This document shows, piece after piece, positions 56,059 through 64,000 of a stretch of DNA of 64,000 nucleotides. The position numbers and the translations under genes are program-made. The stretch comes from Dictyostelium discoideum (lineage: Eukaryota). The notes beneath the pieces were generated by a model. It worked only from the letters and a program-made list of their open reading frames with translations. It made no database searches and was not told the DNA's origin. The DNA lies in assembly GCA_000004695.1 (NCBI GenBank), contig CM000150.2, positions 1,696,001-1,760,000 of the forward strand, read 5' to 3'. How positions within the stretch are numbered: position 1 is the stretch's first letter; each line of letters begins with the position of its first letter.

Positions 56059-58689
56059 ATGGGTGATATTCAAAATACAGATAATATAGAATCAAATATA
56101 GATAATAATAATAATAATAATGTTTCATTAGAATCATCATCATCATCACAAAATAATAATACAAATACAACTACAACTACAACTACAACATCAGTTGATA
56201 ATTTACAAGTTGGAGTATTATCAATTAGTGATCAATCAACACCAACAATTGAAACACCAAATCAACAACAACAACAACAACAAGATGATAATAATAGAGG
56301 TGTATCAAATGAAACAATTAAAGCATCATTAGATGGATTAAAACATAATTCATTAAAAACAACATTTCCAAATTCAACAAATCATCAATATATTGATGTT
56401 AATACGCAATGGATAACAAATAAATTAAAAGAGAGAGAATCTGAATTTACAGAGAAAAGAGGTATGAGTATATTTTTAGGTACATGGAATGTAAATGGTA
56501 AAAAACCATCGGAATCATTAGATCCATGGTTAAAAGATCCATCAATGTCATTACAACCCGACATTTATGCAATTGGATTTCAAGAATTAGATTTAACAGC
56601 AGAGGCATTGCTATTGGGTGACACAACCAGATCATTACCATGGGAACAACACATTTTAAATACATTACAAGGTGACTATGTTAAACTATTAAGTAAACAA
56701 TTGGTTGGTATATTATTATGTGTTTACGTTAAAAAAGAACATAAACCACATATTGCAAATGTTCAATCCGATATTGCAGCCGTTGGTATAATGGGTATGA
56801 TGGGTAATAAAGGTGGTGTTGCAATTAGATTTTCATTTTATAATACAACCATCTGTATTTTAAATTCTCATTTAAATGCTCATATGGATAATGTTTTACG
56901 TCGTAATCAAGATATGAAAGATATTTCAAAAAATATTAAATTTATAAATGAATCTTCAACTGATCATTCAACTATAAATATTTTTGATCATGAGTAAGTT
57001 AAAAAAAAAAAAAAAAAAATTAATTTTATTATAAGAATCATTTCAAGTTTGTGCACACTTTTTTTTTTTTTTTTGCAATTAAAAATATTTTTATATGGGG
57101 GGTACTCATATAAAAATAATATTAATTTTTCAAATTTTTGAAAAAGTTTGTAAAAACTTGAATGATTTTCATAATATATAATTTAATAAAAAAAAAATAT
57201 ATTAATAATAATATTTTTTTTTTTTTTTTTTTTTTATTTTTTTTTTAAAAAAAAAAAAAGTCAATTATTTTGGATTGGTGATTTAAATTATAGAATACCA
57301 TTACCAGATAATGAAGTTAAAGAAAAAATTAAAAAAAAAGATTTTTATAATTTATTTTTAGTTGATCAATTAAATCAACAAATGAAAGCTGGAGCAGTAT
57401 TTGAAGGATTTCAAGAACCACCAATTAGTTTTGCACCAACTTATAAATATGATGCAGGTACAGAAGAATATGATAGTAGTGAAAAGAAGAGAACACCAGC
57501 ATGGTGTGATCGTATACTTTGGAAAACTCATAAAAAAGCTGAAAATGTTGGTATTTTATCATACAAGAGAGCAGAGTTAATTTCATCAGATCATAGACCA
57601 GTTAGTGCATCATTTGTAATTAAAATTAAAGTTGTAATTCCAGATTCAAAAAATCGTATCTATCAAGAGATTGTTAAAGAATTGGATAAAAAAGAGAATG
57701 ATAGTATGCCAGATGCAAATATCTCTACGAATATGGTAGATTTTGAAACTATTAAATTTATGCAACCAATTTCAAAACAATTAATATTTGAAAATATTGG
57801 TCAAGTTATTGCACGTTTTCAATTTATACCAAAGCTAGATGAAACAATACTTTGTAAACCTTGGTTAAAAATTTCACCATTAGCTGGTATGATGATACCA
57901 AAAGAAAAAGTTACAATTGATTTAACAATTTATGTTGATAATTTAACATCTGGTTTATTTAATATTAATAATAATTCAACAAATTCAACAAATGAATCAA
58001 TGGATGATATTTTAATTTTACATTTAGAAAATGGTAAAGATTATTTTATTTCAATTTCAGGTAAATTTCAAAAAACTTGTTTTGGTAATACATTGGATAA
58101 TTTAGTTAGATATCCACATCCAATTCGTAATAATTTACCAATACCACCTGAACAAAAGAAATTATCAATTCCAAAAGAATTGTGGAGAATAATTGATTAT
58201 ATTTATTATAATGGTTTAAAAGAGGAGGGATTATTTATAAAGAGTGGTGTAACCAAAGAAATGGAATTGATTCGTGATTGTTTAGATACCGCTGAACCAT
58301 TCTCTTCAATAAGTTTTTCAATTCATTCAATGGCTGAAACTTTAATTAGATTTTTAGAATCATTAGTTGAACCTGTTATACCATTCAATATGTATCAACA
58401 GGCGTTGGATGCTTCCTCTTCACCATTGTCTTGTAAAACTTTGGTTTCACATTTACCTTCGGTAAATTATAATGTATTCTTTTATTTAATCTCTTTTTTA
58501 ATTGAAACTTTATCAAATCAAAAAGAAAATGATTTAAAACCTGATCAATTGGCTATCATTTTTTCAACTGTTTTATTACGTCCTTCACCACAATCACAAT
58601 TATCACAATTCCCTCCTGATGCTACAACTGTTAAAAAGAAAGCTGATTTAATTTTACATTTTTTAATTTCAAAAGATTTAATTAATTAA
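56059..58689 (+). CDS. Dd5P4: OCRL-like inositol polyphosphate 5-phosphatase with a C-terminal RhoGAP domain, 2 exons (56059..56993, 57261..58689), 787 aa
   Basis: The exo/endo/phosphatase catalytic core is split by one intron (CATGA|gtaagtt, acceptor aaaaag|T) and reads as one frame: …FLGTWNVNGK…IYAIGFQELDL…LNSHLNAHMDNVLRRNQD…IFDHD/QLFWIGDLNYRIP…PTYKYD…PAWCDRILWK…SDHRPVSASF. An ASH-like beta domain follows, then RhoGAP (ELWRIIDYIYYNGLKEEGLFIKSGV…LIRFLESLVEPVIPF…LISFLIETLSNQKENDLKPDQLAIIFSTVLLRP). Confidence 0.85.
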
Positions 58690-58913
58690 AAAAAAAAAAT
58701 TTTAAAAAAAAAAAAATAATAATAAATAAAAAAAATAAAAAAAATAAATAAAAATAATAGAAATAATAATAAATAATAAAAAAATAAAATATATATATTA
58801 TTTTATTTATCTTGTTTTTTTTATTTTATTTTTATTTTTACTATATATATATAAAATGTTTTACAAGTTTTTTATTTTATTTTTTTTTTATTTTATTTTT
58901 TTTTTTCTAATCA

Positions 58914-58949
58914 TTAATTTTCTGGTGTTGTTGAAGTGGTATTATCACT

Positions 58950-59000
<51 letters not shown>

Positions 59001-59359
59001 TGTAATTGGACAATCCTTTTTAACTTTACAACATGATGATGATAATTTTCCAAATGATTCAGTATAACCAATACCAAAACCAATACCAGTTCCAATACAA
59101 ATTGATGATTTTGCAAAACCAACACTCTTTGCTTTATTTATTTAAAATTTAAAATAAAAATTAGTAAAAAAAAACTTTTCTTTTTTTGAAATCTAATAAT
59201 ATATGTGTGTTGATTGGAATTAAAAAAAAAAAAAAAAAACTTTTTCAACTTACTAAATACAAATAAAACAAATGGTAAAGAGAAACCAATTAATGTCTTT
59301 TTTACAACATTTTCAACACCTCTTTCACGTTGAATTTTTTCTTGATCAATAATTGACAT
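58914..59359 (-). CDS. Small membrane protein with a glycine-zipper motif, about 107 aa, 2 exons (59359..59254, 59131..58914)
   Basis: Exon 1 encodes MSIIDQEKIQRERGVENVVKKTLIGFSLPFVLFVF, with donor TTTA|gtaagttg (phase 1) and acceptor ataaag|CAAAG. Exon 2 encodes TKSVGFAKSSICIGTGIGFGIGYTESFGKLSSSCCKVKKDCPITN(N)n…TPEN. The GxGxGxG pattern is reminiscent of Mic10/MINOS1-like small mitochondrial membrane proteins, but that assignment is speculative. Confidence 0.45.
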
Positions 59360-59480
59360 TATTTATTTTAAAATTTTTTTTTTTTTTCTTTCTTTAAAAT
59401 TCGTTTAATATATAAATTCATAAAAAAAAAAAAAAAAAAAAATTCTTTTCTAAAACAAAAAAAAAAAAAAAAAAAAATTC

Positions 59481-59518
<38 letters not shown>

Positions 59519-59752
59519 TATTTTTTTTAAATTTTTTTATTAATTATTTAATTTCCTTTTTAATCTTTTTTTATTTTTGTAAATCAAAAAATATCGATTT
59601 GCTAATTATGAGTTTTTACAATTTTCTTCAATTTAGGTTAATCAAAATTGGTGTGTGTTTAGGTTTCAAAAAAAAAAAAAAAAAAAAAATAAAGAAATTA
59701 ACAATTTCTGATTAAATTATTTTTCACATATATTGTTAATATTATTTATATA

Positions 59753-59759
59753 TTGGTTG

Positions 59760-59842
<83 letters not shown>

Positions 59843-59852
59843 TTTTGTCGAA
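59753..59852. repeat. (AAT)n microsatellite, about 100 bp
   Basis: Perfect trinucleotide array, visible directly in the sequence. Confidence 0.95.
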
Positions 59853-59904
59853 GAAGTTCCCGCCCCCAGCCCCCGAATAATTTGATTTTATGTTACAATA
59901 TTTT

Positions 59905-60315
59905 TTTTTTTACAACACTTACCTTCACCCAAAGACCACCACATGTTGATGCGTACCCACCCATCCAACCCCATATGCCTGATACCTAAAAATACTGAAT
60001 TTAAAACAATTTATTATTCTGTTTTTGCTTAATATTATTTTATTTTTTTCTTTTTATTTATAATTATATATAATTCTTACCCTATAAAACATAAAATATT
60101 TATAACACCTTAAATAGTTACCCCAATATGCTTGACACCTAAAAATACTGAATTTAAAATAATTAATAATTATTCTGTTTTTGCTTACTATTATTTTATT
60201 TTTTTCTTTTTATTTATAATTATATATATATAATTCTTACCATATAAAATATAAAATATTTATAACTTGAATTAAAGTCCACCAATGGACTACCACACCT
60301 AATACAAATGATTCC

Positions 60316-60397
<82 letters not shown>

Positions 60398-60670
60398 CAC
60401 ATACCTTCACCTAAAGACCACCACATGTTGACGCATACCCACCCATCCAACCCCATATGCTTGACACATAAAAATACTGAATTTAAAATAATTAATTATT
60501 CTGTTTTTGCTTAATATTTTTTTATTTTTTTCTTTTTATTTATTATTTTATATAATTCTTACCCTATAAAACATAAAATATTTAAAACTTACCTTAAAAG
60601 TTCACCAATTGACCACCACACCTAATACAAATGATTCCATTATTTTTTTTTTTTTTTTTTTTTTTTTTTT
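59905..60670 (-). mobile_element. Two tandem retroposon-like insertions, poly(A)-terminated on the minus strand. Modular structure B–unit–A with an internal unit duplication; an unclassified SINE or 5'-truncated non-LTR 3' end.
   Basis: Plus-strand layout: (T)13 | A (acaacacttaccttcacccaaagaccaccacatgttgatgcgtacccacccatccaacc) | unit1 | unit2 | B (ttgaattaaagtccaccaatggactaccacacctaatacaaatgattccattaa) | (T)~75 | A' | unit3 | B' | (T)~25. Units are about 130 bp and 85-90% identical (ccatatgcttgacacctaaaaatactgaatttaaaataatta…ctgtttttgctta…aattcttaccctataaaacataaaatatttataac). Each copy therefore ends in poly(A) on the minus strand directly after module A. Confidence 0.55.
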
Positions 60671-60760
60671 GAACATACATTTATAGACCATACTTGATAT
60701 TAATTGACCCTAATACTATCACCCTGTTTATTTATTTTTCAAATTTTTGATTACAAAAAT

Positions 60761-61123
60761 TTAAATCAAAATTAACAGAGAGTACTTCAGATCTGGACAA
60801 AATACTAGGTTTGAACCAATTAAATCTTTAAGATTTCCTCTATACTCTTTTTCATCGATTAAGAGAAAACCCATAAAGAATTTAGTATAACAAACACCAA
60901 ATACAAATATATTACTATCATCATTAAATTCGAGTAAACCTGAAATATCTTCAATATTAACTTGACCACTAGTACCATATATTATTTTAACATTTTCATT
61001 CACTATTGGGTCAATTGTATTATACCCTTTTCTTTTAAATTCTGACACCATTTGATTTTTATCTTTCTCATTTTCACATGAAATTAATAATTGAATGATT
61101 TCCTTTTTCTTTTTCTTTCTCAT
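60761..61123 (-). CDS. Hypothetical ORF, 120 aa, of uncertain reality
   Basis: The ORF (…KGYNTIDPIVNENVKIIYGTSGQVNIEDISGLLEFNDDSNIFVFGVCYTKFFMGFLLIDEKEYRGNLKDLIGSNLVFCPDLKY) has a non-repetitive composition. It sits between the retroposon array and the left arm of the inverted paralogue pair. No family I can recognise. Confidence 0.3.
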   Translation of the reverse strand: MRKKKKKEIIQLLISCENEKDKNQMVSEFKRKGYNTIDPIVNENVKIIYGTSGQVNIEDISGLLEFNDDSNIFVFGVCYTKFFMGFLLIDEKEYRGNLKDLIGSNLVFCPDLKYSLLILI

Positions 61124-61206
61124 TTTAATTATTGAATAATTTATAATATTGGTTACATCTTCAATTTCATTTTTTATTAGATTATAAGATTGAAATTTTA
61201 TTTTAA

Positions 61207-61229
61207 CTAATAGAATAAAAGAAAAAAAA

Positions 61230-61315
<86 letters not shown>

Positions 61316-61821
61316 GTTGGAGTGTATGGTTTTGGTTTAGGTGGTGGTGGTGGTGGTGTTGGTAGTGGTTTTGATGCTGGTTTTGATAGTGGTTTTGATG
61401 GTGGTTTTGATGGTGGTTTTGATAGTGGTGGAGTTGATAGTGGTAGCGTTGGTATTGATGGTGTTGGTATTGATGGTGTTGATGGTGATATTGGTGGCGT
61501 TAATGGTGTTGGTATTAATGGTATTGATGGTATTAATGGTTTTGATGATGTTGGTATTGATGGTGTTGGTATTGATGGTGTTGATGGTGTTGATGGTGTT
61601 GATTGTGATATTGGTGGCGTTAATGGTGTTAATAGTGATGATGATGGGGACAAAAAAGAAGCTAATCCGGCTGTTGGTAAAGGAAATTCAAATGATTCGT
61701 TTAAAGTATTTTGAGATTGGTGGTAGTGGTGCGATTGAAATACTATTTTGGTTGCATCAGTTACGTCTTTTCTATCTGTTATAAACGATTCATGGTTTAG
61801 TTTTATTCTTTTTGCATTCAC
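61207..61821 (-). CDS. Hypothetical protein with an N-terminal NAKRIK…ESFEFPL motif and a Pro/Ser/Thr-rich (SKPP)n tail. This is the left, intact member of a divergent paralogue pair.
   Basis: Product: MNAKRIKLNHESFITDRKDVTDATKIVFQSHHYHQSQNTLNESFEFPLPTAGLASFLSPSSSLLTPLTPPISQSTP…SKPPSKPPSKPLSKPASKPLPTPPPPPP…(N)n. The same motif recurs 1.5 times in inverted orientation at 62915-63396. Confidence 0.4.
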
Positions 61822-61879
61822 TATATCATCTGGATTTATTAAATTGTTTTTTTGTGGTGTGATATTTTTAACTGGCGTT

Positions 61880-62095
<216 letters not shown>

Positions 62096-62384
62096 GTTGA
62101 TTTTTGTATTGTATTAGAGGTGATAGTTGTTGATTGTGCTTGCTAAAAACTTGCTGGAAACTGTGATTGATTATCTTCTAATTTTACTGTTGGAATTGTT
62201 GTGTTCGTTTGGTGGTGATTCATCATTTAAATTTAAAAATGGGAAGGGGATTTTGCCTCTTTCAAAGAATGAACCTAAATATTCAACAAGTAAACTTTAA
62301 ATGATATCAAATATTTACTTTTTTACATAATATTTAAAAAATAGCAAAAGGTTTGTCTGAGTTTACATTGTTATTTCCTTTGGA

Positions 62385-62640
62385 CAACTTTAAGTCGACT
62401 TTCCTCGCTTCCCATCGATGTGCCTCGCTCTGTCTGCTCTGTTGCCAGCCTGGACCTTGACTCGGTCATTATCAACTTACTTTCAATCCTTATGGACTCA
62501 AGGTATGTCGACACCAACGTAAGTGTGGATCAACTCTATGCGTCGTTTTCCCCAATGGTCTTAACAATGCTCTCATCCTCTCCTCTAACGCACCTCAGCA
62601 AGAGGTTATAGATAATCGCAACTAAATCCTGCATACCAGA
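62385..62640. other. GC-rich island of about 250 bp, with local GC above 50% against a genome background of about 22%, carrying an intron-like GTAAGT…polypyrimidine…CAG signature
   Basis: Sequence: ctttcctcgcttcccatcgatgtgcctcgctctgtctgctctgttgccagcctggaccttgactcggtc…caaggtatgtcgacaccaacGTAAGTgtggatcaactctatgcgtcgttttccccaatggtcttaacaatgctctcatcctctcctctaacgcacctCAGcaagagg. The composition and the pyrimidine-tract style are unlike Dictyostelium introns or genes. It matches no snRNA, 5S or tRNA consensus I can recall. Confidence 0.6.
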
Positions 62641-62721
62641 CAATAATATTCAAATCTATTTAAAACTTTTTTTATTTGATAATAATGTTTTTATGGGAGA
62701 TTTTTCTTTTATTTTGAAATT

Positions 62722-62760
<39 letters not shown>

Positions 62761-62914
62761 CTGAGATTGAAAATTTCAATGTTTTGATAATTTTTTGAAG
62801 AATAAACCATCAATCATTTATTGTTTTTTTTAATTTCAATTTTTAAAATACCTATTAGCAGTTGGATACCAATCAAAAAACAAAAGTCAAAAAATTATCA
62901 AAACACCGAAACAT

Positions 62915-63396
62915 GTAACTGATGCAACCAAAATAGTTTTTCATTCACACCACCACCACCACCACCACCACCAATCGCATAATACTTTCAACAATCACTT
63001 GAATTTCCTTTACCAACAGCCACATTAGCAGATTCATTTAAATCAAACACCACATTATTTTCTTCTCCTTCTTCTTTGTTGCCATCATCATCAACACAAT
63101 CAACACCATTAACACCACCAATATCACAATCAACACCAATTAAAAATATCACACCACAAAAAAACAATTTAATAAATCCATATGATATAGTAAATGCAAA
63201 AAGAATAAAACCAAACCATGAATCATTTATAAAAGATAGAAAAGCCAAAATAGTATTTCAATCACCCCACCAATCTCAAAATACTTTAAATGAATCATTT
63301 GAATTTCCTTTATCAACAGCCACATTAGCAGATTCATTTAAATCAAACACCTCATTATTTTCTAAATCTTTTTTTATTTTATTGTCGGCTTCGTGA
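62915..63396 (+). pseudogene. Right-arm paralogue of the NAKRIK…ESFEFPL protein. It holds 1.5 motif copies with a frameshift in the first copy and no ATG start; likely degenerate.
   Basis: The first copy, VTDATKIVFHSHHHHHHHQSHNTFNNH, shifts frame and hits a stop. The second frame reads SLEFPLPTATLADSFKSNTTLFSSPSSLLPSSSTQSTPLTPPISQSTPIKNITPQKNNLINPYDIVNAKRIKPNHESFIKDRKAKIVFQSPHQSQNTLNESFEFPLSTATLADSFKSNTSLFSKS*. The only in-frame starts are TTG, which are not used in Dictyostelium. Confidence 0.35.
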
Positions 63397-63552
63397 TTGA
63401 TGATGATGACGACATATTTGAATTGTTTTAAAAAAAATCTTTTTTTTTTTTTTTTTTTTTTTTTGAATGGAATAACGCAATTTTTAGTTGCTTCTTCTTG
63501 AGATATATCTCATTTTATTATTAAATATTTTACAGGTGCCTTTTAAGGTTGT

Positions 63553-63594
<42 letters not shown>

Positions 63595-63596
63595 TT

Positions 63597-63730
63597 GGGG
63601 GTGTAGAGTGTGTTGAGTGATGTAATATATTTATTGAGGTTTGATGGTAATGTTACTGTGAGTTCCAGTATTTGCTAAATCTTTCAAGTTGCAGGGAGAT
63701 GATGTTTTTTTTTGTATTTTAATAAAAAAA
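63597..63730 (+). mobile_element. Candidate 3'-terminal fragment of a tRNA-gene-targeted non-LTR retroelement (TRE5-like C-module plus oligo(A)), ending about 37 bp upstream of the tRNA-Lys gene
   Basis: A G-rich block that differs from the AT background (taagttgggggtgtagagtgtgttgagtgatgtaat…gtgagttccagtatttgctaaatctttcaagttgcagggagatgatg) is bounded by (T)n at 63548-63590 and ends in aataaaaaaa at 63721-63730. Its position just upstream of a tRNA matches the known TRE5 integration preference of about 48 bp upstream of tRNA genes. Confidence 0.3.
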
Positions 63731-63766
63731 CCTGATGGAGTAAATAAATTTTGATTTCATATCAAT

Positions 63767-63839
63767 GCCCGGCTAGCTCAGTCGGTAGAGCGCCAGACTC
63801 TTAATCTGGTGGTCGGGGGTTCGAGCCCCCCGTTGGGCG
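63767..63839 (+). tRNA. tRNA-Lys (anticodon CUU), 73 nt, no intron
   Basis: gcccggctagctcagtcggtagagcgccagactCTTaatctggtggtcgggggttcgagccccccgttgggcg. The cloverleaf has a 7-bp acceptor stem (gcccggc/gttgggc), A-box tagctcagtcgg and B-box ggttcgagccc. It is near-identical to eukaryotic tRNA-Lys-CTT. Confidence 0.93.
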
Positions 63840-63870
63840 AAATTTTATTTGTAAGGATATTAAAGTCGAG

Positions 63871-63881
63871 GGATCGACTCC
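63871..63881 (+). promoter_or_regulatory. External B-box (exB) about 32 bp downstream of the tRNA-Lys gene
   Basis: ggatcgactcc matches the B-box consensus GGTTCGANTCC with one mismatch. Dictyostelium tRNA genes characteristically carry an extra B-box about 30-40 bp downstream, which is also implicated in TRE targeting. Confidence 0.5.
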
Positions 63882-64000
63882 ATAAAAATCAATGACTATT
63901 CACCTAACTTCCTATGAGACTTTTAATGTATATATTGGTTTAGTCATGATGGTTGAACCTGGTGTACTAAATATTAGGATTGCCTATAATGAATGATATT

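Overview
This window is nuclear DNA from a dictyostelid amoeba, almost certainly Dictyostelium discoideum. That call is an inference from composition: intergenic regions are about 80-90% AT, there are long (AAT)n, (CAA)n and (GTT)n tracts that code for poly-N and poly-Q runs inside open reading frames, and introns are short, AT-rich and phase-consistent with GTAAGT/GTATGT donors and YAG acceptors. No prokaryotic signals (operons, Shine-Dalgarno sites, CRISPR arrays) are present.

The region is gene-dense, with about 25 protein-coding genes. I reconstructed exon structures by hand. They are phase-consistent but have not been checked against cDNA. The named genes are:
- enolase;
- a FANCD2 orthologue (4 exons);
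- a purple acid phosphatase;
- a DDT/WHIM-domain protein (4 exons);
- an Aa_trans-family amino-acid transporter (2 exons);
- an MFSD6-like MFS transporter;
- a CUE+Smr protein;
- ALG3 mannosyltransferase (3 exons);
- adenylyl cyclase R (acrA, 2 exons, 2123 aa, with a very long poly-Q tail);
- a kinesin-13 with an N-terminal SAM domain (KIF24-like, 3 exons);
- the OCRL-like inositol 5-phosphatase/RhoGAP Dd5P4 (2 exons);
- an LRR/LRRcap protein (3 exons);
- a degenerate DEAH-like pseudo-helicase that runs off the window start;
- several small or low-complexity hypothetical genes, including a convergent pair of hssA-like Cys/Gly-rich genes.

There is one RNA gene, a tRNA-Lys(CUU) at 63767-63839 with a downstream external B-box.

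The most unusual stretch is 59.9-63.8 kb:
- tandem poly(A)-terminated, retroposon-like repeat units;
- a divergent (inverted) pair of paralogous ORFs carrying a novel repeated peptide motif, flanking a roughly 250-bp GC-rich island that has a non-Dictyostelium-style intron-like signature;
- a G-rich, oligo(A)-terminated block ending about 37 bp upstream of the tRNA, which suggests a tRNA-targeted retroelement remnant.

A 155-nt near-perfect hairpin at 26983-27137 is a candidate small-RNA precursor or MITE.
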